From Candidatus Nanopelagicales bacterium (GTDB taxonomy: Bacteria; Actinomycetota; Actinomycetes; JAHEKZ01): 64,000 nt of DNA. The position numbers and the translations under genes were made by a program. The stretch spans positions 1,869 to 65,868 of the forward strand of contig JBBQAL010000002.1 of the NCBI GenBank assembly GCA_038316135.1, read 5' to 3'. The first letter of the stretch is position 1; each line of letters starts with the position of its first letter. Below the pieces are notes generated by a model. It saw only the letters and a program-made list of their open reading frames with translations. It had not been told where the DNA came from and ran no database searches. This document shows positions 53,916-63,607 of this stretch, one piece after another.

Positions 53916-54026
53916 CAGATCCTCCGAATCGAAGCGGGCGCACCGCCAACTCAGCGATGCACCCCTCATTCGGAGCCAACTCGTCCGCGGATTGGTCCGC
54001 CATCAGCCCAGATCACGGCTGAGCGT

Positions 54027-54764
54027 TCAAGCGGAGAGCTGGACGAGCAGCACCGGGTCGGTTGTCGGCGCTTGCGACCCACCCTCCGGCTCGATGCTCA
54101 TGCCGAACGTGGTCGTTCCGGCCGGCAGCTCCACCAGGGCTGTTGCCCGCCCGGAGTCCGGCTGCAGCAGCCCAACAGACGTCGCCCCTTGATCGTCGAT
54201 CGCCCAAAGCTGATATGTCTCGTCCGGCCCGGTCGCAGGTAGCGACGCAGCCAAGAAGGCGGCCCGTTCGAGGTTCGGCGAGACCACCAGAGTTCCCGTA
54301 CCGCCCCCTGTGACATCAGTGCGCTCCACTGTGGCGTCAGGATCACCGAGCAAAGCAGTGATCTGGTCAGCAGCAACCTGAGCGTCGGTAGCGCGTTCAG
54401 TTGCCTGGTAGGTCGAGACTCCTAGCGCGCCGGCCACGATCACGGCCGCGGCCGCCACCCCGGCTAGCACCCGGTTGACCCCTCGCCGGCGGAGGCGGGC
54501 TTCGGCGAGATCGATCACTTGCGGCTCGGGAGCGTGCTCCACCTGCGGTACCCGGCTGACCTGCTTGAGCACTTCGGCACGTAAGGACGCCGGTGGTGTC
54601 TCGGCCACCGAACTTGCCAGCGCAGCCACTGTCTCATGCATTCCGCGCAGCTCCTCAACGCATGGGTCGCAACCGTCCAGGTGGTCTTCAAAGGTCGCGG
54701 ACTCACGTGAGTCGAGTGCATCGAGCGCGTAGGCGGCGGCAAGATCGTGGACGTTGTCGCTCAT
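54027..54764 (-). CDS. rskA: Anti-sigma-K factor (RskA family)
   Basis: N-terminal anti-sigma domain (HDLAAAYALDALDSRESATFEDHLDGCDPC), a single TM and an RskA-like C-terminal domain. The ATG overlaps the sigma stop (ATGA). Confidence 0.8.
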   Translation of the reverse strand: MSDNVHDLAAAYALDALDSRESATFEDHLDGCDPCVEELRGMHETVAALASSVAETPPASLRAEVLKQVSRVPQVEHAPEPQVIDLAEARLRRRGVNRVLAGVAAAAVIVAGALGVSTYQATERATDAQVAADQITALLGDPDATVERTDVTGGGTGTLVVSPNLERAAFLAASLPATGPDETYQLWAIDDQGATSVGLLQPDSGRATALVELPAGTTTFGMSIEPEGGSQAPTTDPVLLVQLSA

Positions 54765-55393
54765 GCGGTAACCCCCAGGCAGTCTCGGAGCCGGATGATG
54801 CCATCACGCATCCGAGTCTTGATGGTGCCAAGTGGAGCCCCGAGCCGCTCGGCGACTTCGGGGTAGGTGAAGCCGCTGAAGTACGCCAAGGTCACCGACT
54901 CCCTTTGTAGCTTGGTAAGAGCGTCGATGCATTCGCGCATCGCTTGGGCCTCGAGCCGGTCCTCGACCTCCTCGGCCACCTCGTCGTGCTCGCGCTCCAC
55001 TGAACGCTGTGCAACGCGCAACTCCCGATCCGACGCCGCTTGCACCGAGCGCACCCGGTCGACGGCTCGCCGATGAGCCATGGTCATCACCCAGGCGAAG
55101 CCGGTACCGCGCCCTGGGTCGAACCGCGGAGCCTGCTGCCACACCTCGAGCAACACCTCTTGGGCCACTTCCTCGGCCAACTCAACCTGGCGAAGGACGC
55201 GCCTGGCGAGACCGAACACGGCGGGGGCAACGGCGTCGTAAAGCTCCGCAAAAGCCCCGTCGTCGCCCTTGGCGACCCGAAGTAGCAGCGGATCGAGATG
55301 ACGGCGCCCTGGTGTCTCAGCCGCGATCTGGTCCTCAGTGTCCGTTGGCACAAGGTGCAGTCTGGTCCGACATGGCTCGGCGGCGCCAGACAT
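54761..55393 (-). CDS. sigK: ECF sigma factor, SigK-like
   Basis: Start at MSGAAEPC. Region 2 (AQEVLLEVWQQAPRFDPGRGTGFAWVMTMAHRRAVDRVR) and a region-4 HTH (ESVTLAYFSGFTYPEVAERLGAPLGTIKTRMRDGIIRLR). Confidence 0.8.
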   Translation of the reverse strand: MSGAAEPCRTRLHLVPTDTEDQIAAETPGRRHLDPLLLRVAKGDDGAFAELYDAVAPAVFGLARRVLRQVELAEEVAQEVLLEVWQQAPRFDPGRGTGFAWVMTMAHRRAVDRVRSVQAASDRELRVAQRSVEREHDEVAEEVEDRLEAQAMRECIDALTKLQRESVTLAYFSGFTYPEVAERLGAPLGTIKTRMRDGIIRLRDCLGVTA

Positions 55394-55585
55394 AGCCTCA
55401 CCTTTGCTCTCGACTGCGGTCTCCATTGGGTATTCGAAGCCACGGCCGGTCTGGATTGCCTCTGTTTGCCTCCCCTTGGGTTGGCCCCGAAGGCAAGATG
55501 ATCGGAGAGCCAGCACCGAGCAGTAGCTCGAGAAGTTCTCCGGGCGGATGTCAACCCGGAGATCGGGTCGGAACGACTACTTCGT

Positions 55586-56182
55586 GTGACCTTGACCGCA
55601 GAGCCCCCAGCAGAAGGGCATGGCGTGGGCACTATTGACGACGGCCCGCACCTCATCGAAGGGAAGGTCGAGCGACTTCCCCAGGTGGTGTCGTTCTCTA
55701 CCGTCTTTCGGGCCGAGTACCGGGGGCTGGTGGCCATCGCCTGGGGGCTCACTGGTTCACGCGACACGGCCGAGGACATGGCCCAGGAGGCGATGCTGAG
55801 TTTGCACCGCCACCTCGAGAGGGGCGATGTGATTGAGAACCCAGCTGCCTACGTCCGTCGGTCATGTTCCAACCTCTCTGTCTCGTGGGTGCGAAGGAGG
55901 ATGGCCGAGACTCGTGCGTTGTTACGCATGGGGGCGCCACCGGGGAGTGCCCCGGCGCCAGACGCCGAGAACGACGCCTTCTGGTCTGAAGTTCGACGGC
56001 TGCCAAGACGGCAGGCGCAGGTCATCGCCCTGTTCTACGGCTACGACCTGAGCGTGGCAGACCTCGCCGCCACCCTTGAGATATCGACAGGAACCGCCAA
56101 GACCCACCTGTTTCGTGGACGACGGACCCTCGCGGCACGGCTTGGCCTTGACGCTGATAACCCGGACGGGGATGTGAGCTGA
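55586..56182 (+). CDS. ECF sigma factor
   Basis: Region 2 (AEDMAQEAMLSLHRHLERGDVIENPAAYVRR) and a region-4 HTH (QAQVIALFYGYDLSVADLAATLEISTGTAKTHLFRGRRTL). The N-terminal start is uncertain. Confidence 0.8.
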   Translation: MTLTAEPPAEGHGVGTIDDGPHLIEGKVERLPQVVSFSTVFRAEYRGLVAIAWGLTGSRDTAEDMAQEAMLSLHRHLERGDVIENPAAYVRRSCSNLSVSWVRRRMAETRALLRMGAPPGSAPAPDAENDAFWSEVRRLPRRQAQVIALFYGYDLSVADLAATLEISTGTAKTHLFRGRRTLAARLGLDADNPDGDVS

Positions 56183-56937
56183 TGTCCATCGACACCCTTG
56201 GCCGCCAGGCGAGCGAGGCTCTCTTCGCGGCAACAGCAGACCTCGACGCCCAGACTTCACTCCGCCGCAATCTCGAATCATCGCGGGGACGTCGCCGGCT
56301 CAGCCCTGCACTCGTCGTCGTCGCTGCTGTCGTCATCCTGGTCGTCGGGTGGGCGTTCAGTGGCGACCTGCAGCGCTCGGCCGTGCCTGCACCCCCACTT
56401 GACACGCCTCTCCCCGTGCTGGTCGGGAAGAAGCTTGGTGGCCCCATAACTGCCGTGGCTCCCACAGGTTGGGAGGTCATCAACGATCGAGCGTACGTCG
56501 AGATGCGCCCCGCCGACGGATCGCCGGGGATGCAGGTGTTCATGGTCGTCCCCCGCAGGGTCTATGACCCACCATCCGACGAACTGGTTCCGCTCAAGGA
56601 CGACCCCGTCGTCTGGATAACAACCCACCCGGAGGTGAAGACTCTTGACAAGTTCGGTGTCGATGGCCCCGGCTCGGCTTGGACTGCAACAGCGGTCGAT
56701 CTGTCGTTGTCACCGAAAGCCAAGAATGACTGGGTCCACCTCCTGCCACTTTCGATGGCGCCCGGCTCACCGCCGCTCGCCATCACCGCAAACAACGGAA
56801 TGGACCGCTGGATCATCATCGACTTCGAGAAGTCTCGTCCGCTCATCATCGCGGCAACATCACCAACTCGGGACGACCCCGATCTAGCCACGGCAATCAA
56901 CCAACTGCTTGCCTCAATCCAAATCCAGCAGAACTAA
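56182..56937 (+). CDS. Putative single-pass membrane anti-sigma factor
   Basis: The ATG overlaps the sigma-gene stop (ATGA). TM segment LSPALVVVAAVVILVVGWAF and a roughly 190-aa extracytoplasmic domain. Confidence 0.5.
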   Translation: MSIDTLGRQASEALFAATADLDAQTSLRRNLESSRGRRRLSPALVVVAAVVILVVGWAFSGDLQRSAVPAPPLDTPLPVLVGKKLGGPITAVAPTGWEVINDRAYVEMRPADGSPGMQVFMVVPRRVYDPPSDELVPLKDDPVVWITTHPEVKTLDKFGVDGPGSAWTATAVDLSLSPKAKNDWVHLLPLSMAPGSPPLAITANNGMDRWIIIDFEKSRPLIIAATSPTRDDPDLATAINQLLASIQIQQN

Positions 56938-56952
56938 ACGGGGAAGGAAACC

Positions 56953-57537
56953 ATGAACACAAAACAACGACTCGCTTCGGTTCTGGCAGCCGCCGGATTT
57001 GCGGCGATGTCTTTGAGCGCAGCACCGACGGCCAGTGCGGCTCCACTAGAGTCGGGCACCTTCGACTTTAGTACGAACGCCACGTTCGACGACTGCGGCT
57101 TCGCGGTCCATGAGGACTCCCATGCCTACGGCAGGTACACGATCAGTAAGGGCACGAACAAAACCAGCGGCGAGTACTTCAGGCTCAAGCAGCAGGTGCA
57201 GTACAGCGGGACCTACACCAACGTGAAGACTGGGGCCTACTTCACTGAAGAATGGCACACGAACATCCGCCAGCTTCCAGCCACGATCGTGGACGAGAAC
57301 GGTCCGGTCGTCACCTACCAAGTCAAAGAGAGCGGCGTCTGGGATACCCTTCGCGACTCCTCAGGCAACGTGCGCTACCGGAGTACCGGCAACCTGGTGT
57401 TCTCCTACGTCTTCGACACCGGCGGCGACTCAGCACCTGGCGGTGAGATCCTCGCCGAGGACTTCGTCAGGACGTCCGGGAACTGGCAGACGTGGGACAC
57501 AGACTTCTGCGCGATCGTAAGCGACCTGATCGGCTGA
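56953..57537 (+). CDS. Secreted hypothetical protein (Sec signal peptide) with lower GC than its surroundings
   Basis: Signal MNTKQRLASVLAAAGFAAMSLSAAPTASA|AP. An SD-like GGGAAGGAAACC lies upstream of the ATG. The AT-rich N-terminal codons are unusual for this window. Confidence 0.6.
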   Translation: MNTKQRLASVLAAAGFAAMSLSAAPTASAAPLESGTFDFSTNATFDDCGFAVHEDSHAYGRYTISKGTNKTSGEYFRLKQQVQYSGTYTNVKTGAYFTEEWHTNIRQLPATIVDENGPVVTYQVKESGVWDTLRDSSGNVRYRSTGNLVFSYVFDTGGDSAPGGEILAEDFVRTSGNWQTWDTDFCAIVSDLIG

Positions 57538-57538
57538 G

Positions 57539-58342
57539 CTACCCACGGAACCGCCTGGAAGCCGCGGCTCGCTCAGCGAGCTCGGCGTCCGGTGGGTAGG
57601 CGACCTCTTCCAAGGTCAGGCCGTGTGGCGGCATCACTGTGACCGACGAAGAGCGCTTGACCTCAGCAAGGACGTCGCCTACCCACCGAGCGGGCCGCCG
57701 GCCCTCCCCCACTGCTACGCATGCGCCAACGATCGACCGCACCATGTTGTGGCAGAACGCATCTGCGATCAATGTCGCCTCCAGCAGACCTCCGTCGATG
57801 CGCGCCCACTCGAAGACTCGGAGCGAACGCACGGTGCTTGCGCCGTCTCGTCGTTTGCAGAAGGCGACGAAGTCGTGCTCCCCCACCAGCTCGGCCGCCG
57901 CGGTATTCAGGAGGGCAACGTCCAACCGACGCCGATTCCACACCACATCGGATCGCCGAATCGGATCGACGCCGACGGGGTCGTCGCAGATCCGAAATAC
58001 GTACCTCCGCGACTCAGCACTGAAGCGCGCATCGAATCCCTCGGGCGCCACCCGCACACCGGTAACCCGCACGTCCACGGACAGCAAGCCTGACAGCCGG
58101 TACAGCACCCGCTCACCGTTGGCGTTCCAGGCATTCGCCGGCACGTCGGTGTGAGCCACCTGACCGCGCGCATGGACGCCTGCATCAGTTCGCCCTGCGA
58201 CCGTCAGCCCGGGTGCAGCCTCCAGCCGGAGTACCACCGCGAGCGCGTCATCGAGAACTCCCTCGACCGTGCGACGCCCTGGTTGCTTGGCCCAACCAGA
58301 GAAGCCGGCACCGTCGTAACCGAGGTCAAGGCGCAAACGCAC
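57539..58342 (-). CDS. truA: tRNA pseudouridine(38-40) synthase
   Basis: MRLRLDLGYDGAGFSGWAKQPG start, including the catalytic Asp region RTDAGVHA. Conserved position downstream of rplQ. Confidence 0.9.
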   Translation of the reverse strand: MRLRLDLGYDGAGFSGWAKQPGRRTVEGVLDDALAVVLRLEAAPGLTVAGRTDAGVHARGQVAHTDVPANAWNANGERVLYRLSGLLSVDVRVTGVRVAPEGFDARFSAESRRYVFRICDDPVGVDPIRRSDVVWNRRRLDVALLNTAAAELVGEHDFVAFCKRRDGASTVRSLRVFEWARIDGGLLEATLIADAFCHNMVRSIVGACVAVGEGRRPARWVGDVLAEVKRSSSVTVMPPHGLTLEEVAYPPDAELAERAAASRRFRG

Positions 58343-58392
58343 GAGCCCGCTCCCCCTCTGGGGAACGGGCTCGTGGTCAGACTCCGGAGTCG

Positions 58393-58953
58393 TCAGGACT
58401 CCTTGGGATTGTCAGCCTCGTCGGCCGTCTCCTCAGTGACCTCAGCCGCCGCCTCTTCGACGACAGCCTCTTCGGTCGCGGCATCTTCGTTCACCGACTC
58501 TTCGACCTCGGCCGCTTCGACAGTAGCCGCTTCGACAACAGCGGGAGTTGTCTCCTTCTTCGGCTTCGTCGCGCGCGTTTTGCGCTTACTCTCGTCCAAT
58601 CGCTCCACCAGCTCGATAACCGCCATCGGGGCGTTGTCGCCCTTGCGTGGCCCAATCTTGGTGATCCTGGTGTAGCCACCTGCACGGTTGTCGTACTGCG
58701 GGGCAATGTCGGTAAAGAGCGTGTGAACAACACCCTTGTCACCGATAACCGTCATCACCCGCCGCCGCGAGGCGAGGTCACCCCGCTTGGCGAAGGTGAT
58801 CAGACGCTCGGCCAGTGGGCGTACCCGCTTGGCCTTGGCCTCAGTCGTGGTGATGCGGCCGTGCTCGAAGAGCGCGGTGGCGAGGTTCGCCAGGATGAGC
58901 CGCTCGTGCGCCGGACTGCCGCCAAGACGCGGGCCCTTAGTGGGGCTTGGCAT
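58393..58953 (-). CDS. rplQ: 50S ribosomal protein L17, with an acidic Ala/Glu-rich C-terminal extension
   Basis: [42 protein letters not shown]..., followed by a low-complexity tail ([26 protein letters not shown]). Confidence 0.95.
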   Translation of the reverse strand: MPSPTKGPRLGGSPAHERLILANLATALFEHGRITTTEAKAKRVRPLAERLITFAKRGDLASRRRVMTVIGDKGVVHTLFTDIAPQYDNRAGGYTRITKIGPRKGDNAPMAVIELVERLDESKRKTRATKPKKETTPAVVEAATVEAAEVEESVNEDAATEEAVVEEAAAEVTEETADEADNPKES

Positions 58954-58986
58954 TTCTCGATCTCCTTGAGTTCAGTCAGGCGGTGG

Positions 58987-60003
58987 TTAGAGCTGCTCGT
59001 CCTCGACGAATCCCTCGTCGTCGTCTTCGTCGTAGTTGTCAACGATCGCCGAGGGGTCGAATCCGGGGGGGCTGTCCTTCAGAGCCATGCCGAGTCCGAC
59101 GAGCTTGGCCTTCACCTCGTCGATCGACTTCGCACCGAAGTTACGGATGTCCATGAGGTCGGCCTCGCTTCGGCTGATGAGCTCACCCACCGAGTGGATG
59201 CCCTCGCGCTTGAGGCAGTTGTAGGACCGGACGGTGAGGTCGAGCTCTTCGATGGGAAGCGCCATGTCGGCGGCCAGAGCTGCATCAGCCGGTGACGGAC
59301 CCATGTCGATGCCCTCGGCCTCGGCGTTGAGTTCGCGGAAGAGGCCGAAGAGCTCAACGAGAGTCTTTCCGGCGGACGCCACGGCGTCACGGGGACGCAT
59401 GGACGCCTTCGTCTCAACGTCGATTACGAGGCGGTCGAAGTCAGTCCGCTGCTCGACACGAGTGGCCTCAACCTTGTACGAGACCTTCAGCACGGGCGAG
59501 TAGATGGAGTCGACCGGAATGCGGCCGATCTCCTGACCCGCCTGCTTGTTGAGCTCAGCGCGCACGTAGCCGCGACCGCGTTCAACCGTAAGCTCCATCT
59601 CCAACTTGCCCTTGCCGTTGAGCGTCGCGAGCACAAGCTCGGGGTTATGAACCTCGACTCCGGCGGGCGGGGCGATGTCAGCAGCGGTGACGACGCCGGG
59701 GCCCTGCTTGCGCAGGTACATCACCACAGGCTCGTCGTGCTCAGTGCTCACGATCAGCTCTTTGATGTTGAGGACGATGTCGGTGACGTCCTCCTTCACA
59801 CCGGGAACCGTAGTGAACTCGTGCAGCACACCGTCGACGCGAATCGACGTCACTGCGGCGCCCGGGATGGACGACAACAGAGTGCGGCGGAGCGAGTTGC
59901 CGAGCGTGTAGCCGAAGCCAGGCTCGAGCGGCTCGAGGATGAACCGCGAGCGGTTCTCATTAACAACTTCTTCGGCCAACGATGGCCGCTGTGCGATCAG
60001 CAC
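58987..60003 (-). CDS. rpoA: DNA-directed RNA polymerase subunit alpha
   Basis: [12 protein letters not shown]...[31 protein letters not shown]. 338 aa. Confidence 0.97.
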   Translation of the reverse strand: MLIAQRPSLAEEVVNENRSRFILEPLEPGFGYTLGNSLRRTLLSSIPGAAVTSIRVDGVLHEFTTVPGVKEDVTDIVLNIKELIVSTEHDEPVVMYLRKQGPGVVTAADIAPPAGVEVHNPELVLATLNGKGKLEMELTVERGRGYVRAELNKQAGQEIGRIPVDSIYSPVLKVSYKVEATRVEQRTDFDRLVIDVETKASMRPRDAVASAGKTLVELFGLFRELNAEAEGIDMGPSPADAALAADMALPIEELDLTVRSYNCLKREGIHSVGELISRSEADLMDIRNFGAKSIDEVKAKLVGLGMALKDSPPGFDPSAIVDNYDEDDDEGFVEDEQL

Positions 60004-60092
60004 GTGTCACTACCTCCGGGTCAGGACGCCCACTATTTGACGCCTCGAACAGGTGCAACGCTCGGCGGTTGCCGAGCCCTGCTGTCGAGCTT

Positions 60093-60719
60093 CTACTTGG
60101 AGTAGAGCTCGACGATCAGCTGCTCCTGCAGCTGAGAGTCGATCTGCTGCCGAACCGGCAGCGTGTGAACCAAGATGCGCATCTTCGAGGGGATGACCTC
60201 GATCCAGGCTGGCACCTCGCGCTCGCCAGCCTCGGCACGCGCAACAACGAAGGGCGTCAGCTCGACCGAGCTGGGGCGGACCTCGATGATGTCGGTGTCG
60301 GAGACACGGAAGGAGGGAACGTCGACCTTGCGACCGTTGACCATGATGTGCCCGTGCCGCACCAACTGGCGTCCCATGTCGCGAGATTTGGCGAAACCAG
60401 CGCGGTAGACGACGTTGTCGAGTCGTGACTCGAGGATGCGCAGCAGGTTGTCGCCCGTCTTGCCCTTCTTCTGGTTCGCCTCTTCGTAGTAGCCACGGAA
60501 CTGGCGCTCGAAGATGCCGTACATCTGCTTGGCCTTCTGCTTTTCGCGAAGCTGCAGCAGGTACTCGCTGTCCTTGCTGCGTCCACGGCCGTGCTGGCCG
60601 GGAGGGTAGGGGCGTGCCTCGAACGGGCACTTAGCGCTGTCGCACTTTGAGCCCTTGAGGTAAAGCTTCATCTTTGCGCGACGGCACTTGCGGCAGTCGG
60701 CTCCGGTGTACCTAGCCAT
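60093..60719 (-). CDS. rpsD: 30S ribosomal protein S4
   Basis: MARYTGADCRKCRRAKMKLYLKGSKCDSAKCP zinc-ribbon N-terminus. Confidence 0.97.
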   Translation of the reverse strand: MARYTGADCRKCRRAKMKLYLKGSKCDSAKCPFEARPYPPGQHGRGRSKDSEYLLQLREKQKAKQMYGIFERQFRGYYEEANQKKGKTGDNLLRILESRLDNVVYRAGFAKSRDMGRQLVRHGHIMVNGRKVDVPSFRVSDTDIIEVRPSSVELTPFVVARAEAGEREVPAWIEVIPSKMRILVHTLPVRQQIDSQLQEQLIVELYSK

Positions 60720-60755
60720 GAAAGTTCTGCTCCTGCTTCGAAGTCTCGGGGGGGA

Positions 60756-61157
60756 TCAGACGCGGCGACGCTTGGGCGGCCGACAACCGTTGAATGGAAC
60801 GGGGGTGACGTCCTGGATGGACCCGACCTCAAGGCCGGCTGCCTGCAGAGCGCGAATCGCGGTTTCACGGCCGGAGCCTGGACCCTTGACGAACACGTCG
60901 ACCTTGCGCATGCCGTGCTCTTGCGCCCGACGGGCGGCTGCCTCGGCGGTCATCTGCGCAGCGAAGGGCGTCGACTTGCGGGAGCCCTTGAATCCGACCT
61001 GGCCGGCGGACGCCCACGCGATCACCGCGCCCGAAGGGTCGGTGATCGAGACGATCGTGTTGTTGAACGTGCTCTTGATGTGAGCGTGACCGTGGGCCAC
61101 GTTCTTCTTTTCCTTGCGGCGCACCTTCTTGGCGCCGCTCTTTGCCTTAGGGGGCAT
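60756..61157 (-). CDS. rpsK: 30S ribosomal protein S11
   Basis: [30 protein letters not shown]...[13 protein letters not shown]. Confidence 0.97.
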   Translation of the reverse strand: MPPKAKSGAKKVRRKEKKNVAHGHAHIKSTFNNTIVSITDPSGAVIAWASAGQVGFKGSRKSTPFAAQMTAEAAARRAQEHGMRKVDVFVKGPGSGRETAIRALQAAGLEVGSIQDVTPVPFNGCRPPKRRRV

Positions 61158-61227
61158 GTTCTTTCACTCCTGGAGGTGATCGGTCCGCATCGTGCGCGCC
61201 CAAGGCGGGCTGCGGAACGTGCGGCTA

Positions 61228-61605
61228 CTACTTGGTGACCTTCTTCTTACCGGCGACAGCCTTACGCGGACCCTTACGGCTCCGAGCGTTGGTATGCGTG
61301 CGCTGCCCACGGACGGGAAGTCCGCGGCGGTGGCGAAGGCCCTCGTAGCTGCCGATCTCGACCTTGCGGCGAATGTCGGCTGCCACCTCTCGGCGGAGGT
61401 CACCCTCGATCTGGTACTTCTCCTCGATCCAGTCGCGCAGCTTGACCAGCTGCTCATCGGTGAGGTCTGCAGAGCGCATGTTGGGGTCGATGCCAGTAGC
61501 GGCGAGCGTCTCCTTCGAGCGCGTACGGCCAATGCCAAAGATGTACGTCAGGGCGATCTCCATGCGCTTTTCGCGCGGGAGATCAACACCCACAAGGCGA
61601 GCCAT
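61228..61605 (-). CDS. rpsM: 30S ribosomal protein S13
   Basis: [30 protein letters not shown]. Confidence 0.97.
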   Translation of the reverse strand: MARLVGVDLPREKRMEIALTYIFGIGRTRSKETLAATGIDPNMRSADLTDEQLVKLRDWIEEKYQIEGDLRREVAADIRRKVEIGSYEGLRHRRGLPVRGQRTHTNARSRKGPRKAVAGKKKVTK

Positions 61606-61817
61606 GTTGCTCCTTCTTACAGCCGAAGGTCTGTCGGCCGCACCGTTCCGCCTGCCGTTACCGGCGAGCGGTCTCCGGCCTTCGTCCGGAGGTGGCGTCC
61701 TGCAGGGGTCGGCGCCTTGGCACAGATCCCGCAGGGGTCGGGTGCAGCCCTGATGTGCTTGCTGGGACTACTGGTCTTGCTGGTGTTCAGTTGTCGAGCG
61801 CCCGGAGTGGCGTCAGG

Positions 61818-61931
61818 TCAGCCCTGACGCTGCTTGTGGCGCAAGTTCTCGCAGATCACCATCACGCGACCGTGCCGGCGGATCACCTTGCACTTGTCGC
61901 AGATCGGCTTAACGCTCGGGTTAACCTTCAT
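61818..61931 (-). CDS. rpmJ: 50S ribosomal protein L36
   Basis: Hand-translated because it is below the ORF-track cutoff: [37 protein letters not shown] (zinc-ribbon CxxC...C...H). Confidence 0.9.
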   Translation of the reverse strand: MKVNPSVKPICDKCKVIRRHGRVMVICENLRHKQRQG

Positions 61932-61975
61932 CGTGCGTGCTCCGGGGCATAGTTTCTTGGGATTCTTGGGATTGC

Positions 61976-62197
61976 TTACTTGTACCGGTAGACGATGCGT
62001 CCACGAGTGAGGTCATAAGGGCTCAACTCCACCACTACACGGTCCTCGGGAAGGATCCTGATGTAGTGCTGGCGCATCTTGCCGCTGATGTGCGCAAGAA
62101 CCTTGTGGCCGTTGGTGAGCTCCACCCGAAACATCGCATTGGGGAGAGACTCAACGACGGTGCCCTCAATCTCGATGGCACCTTCTTTCTTGGCCAT
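61976..62197 (-). CDS. infA: Translation initiation factor IF-1
   Basis: [73 protein letters not shown]. The track ORF is 5'-extended by wrong-frame sequence. Confidence 0.95.
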   Translation of the reverse strand: MAKKEGAIEIEGTVVESLPNAMFRVELTNGHKVLAHISGKMRQHYIRILPEDRVVVELSPYDLTRGRIVYRYK

Positions 62198-62419
62198 GGT
62201 TCCTTCCACGCCCTCACAGGCGTTCACGTCGGGGATCGGTACGAATGCTTCGAAAATCTCCGAACTTCTTCGAGCCGCCGACCTTGGACACCGTTTGCGC
62301 GCCAGCCCCAGCCGCGGGGCGCGACGAAACAGCGGCTTCAAGCCGACAAGCACAGGAGTCTACGGGAGATGGGGCGCGGAAGGCCAATCCGGCCTCGACG
62401 CCCACAGTAGCGAGGACGC

Positions 62420-63349
62420 CTACTGGAGGTGCTCCAGCGCGAGGACGTCATCGTCGCCACGACTGTGCTTGGCTCGCTCGGCCAGGTCGTGGACGTAGGC
62501 ACGCTTGGCGACCACAGCGGTCACCACGATTGCGGCGGCGATCATCCCCCATCCAGCCAAGGCAGGGACCCCGCCCAGCGCCAGCAGAATCACCTGGCTG
62601 TTGACGATGATGATCAGGCCGCCCACCAAGGTGCCCATGACGTGGTGCGGGAGGCGTCCGGCCAATCGAGCCGCAAACGGGGCGACAATCACGCCTCCGA
62701 CAATCAGGCCGAGAACGGCGACCCACGGCATGTCATCCTCGAGATGCTCTGCCCCGGTGAGGAAGCCAGCCGATGCCGAGAGCGCAACGACGAACTCCGC
62801 CGCGTTGACGCTGCCGACGACTTTGGCCGGAGGGAGCTTCGTGACGGTCATCAGGGATGGCGTCACCACCGGACCCCAGCCACCGCCGCCGGTGGCGTCG
62901 ACGAACCCGCCGAGCGCACCGATTGGCGACAACCAACGAGCCTTTTGGCCGCCACGGGGTGCTGGAATCAGCCGGTAGTTGAACCCGAACCGGACGAAGA
63001 TCACCAGGCCGAAGAAGAACAACAGCGCGGCCATCCAGGCCTTCGCTGTTGCGAGGCTCAAGTTCACGAGTACAACGGCACCGATGAAAGCGGTGATCGC
63101 GCCAGGAATGGCGACCCGGATAAAAGTGCCTACGTCGACGTTTCCTTGCCGCCAGTGAGAGATCCCGCTGACGAACGTGGTCGGTAGCTTCGCCGCGTGG
63201 GTGGCAGCCGAAGCAGCAGCTGCGCTGACTCCCATGTAGAGCAGGATCGTGGCGGACGTGACCCCGAATCCCATCCCGAGGGTGCCGTCCACCATTTGGG
63301 CAGCTCCGCCAGCCAGAGCGAATGCAGCGAAAAACCACATGGTTGACAC
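62420..63349 (-). CDS. TauE/SafE (DUF81) family anion-exporter-like permease
   Basis: 309 aa with two internally repeated 4-TM halves and Gly-rich helices (GGAAQMVDGTLGMGFGV / GGFVDATGGGGWGPV). Confidence 0.8.
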   Translation of the reverse strand: MSTMWFFAAFALAGGAAQMVDGTLGMGFGVTSATILLYMGVSAAAASAATHAAKLPTTFVSGISHWRQGNVDVGTFIRVAIPGAITAFIGAVVLVNLSLATAKAWMAALLFFFGLVIFVRFGFNYRLIPAPRGGQKARWLSPIGALGGFVDATGGGGWGPVVTPSLMTVTKLPPAKVVGSVNAAEFVVALSASAGFLTGAEHLEDDMPWVAVLGLIVGGVIVAPFAARLAGRLPHHVMGTLVGGLIIIVNSQVILLALGGVPALAGWGMIAAAIVVTAVVAKRAYVHDLAERAKHSRGDDDVLALEHLQ

Positions 63350-63526
63350 CCTTCCCTAGTGACTTGGTGGGGAAAGCGTGCCACAGAATCCGGATGAACG
63401 CAATCCCGACCGTCAAAGTGGGTAAGCCGGTTTCTGGATTAGCCGGTCCGCGACCCCAAAGGTGGCGTTAGCGCACAAAGGTGGCCTACGGCGACCACGT
63501 CGAACCCATCACGACCAGGTCACCTG

Positions 63527-63595
63527 ATCATCGGTGCCGGGTCATCGGTGCCGGGTCATCGGTGCCAGGTCATCGGGGGCGTGGTCATCGGGTCG
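63527..63595. repeat. Short tandem repeat: 14-nt unit GGTCATCGGTGCCG, about 3 perfect copies followed by 2 degenerate copies
   Basis: Seen directly in the sequence. Lies just downstream of the map stop codon, in the map/TauE intergenic region. Confidence 0.7.
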
Positions 63596-63607
63596 GGGTT
63601 CGCCGGA

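Noticed and set aside
53391-54242. 283-aa plus-strand ORF
   Set aside because: Antisense to the DUF4331 and rskA genes.
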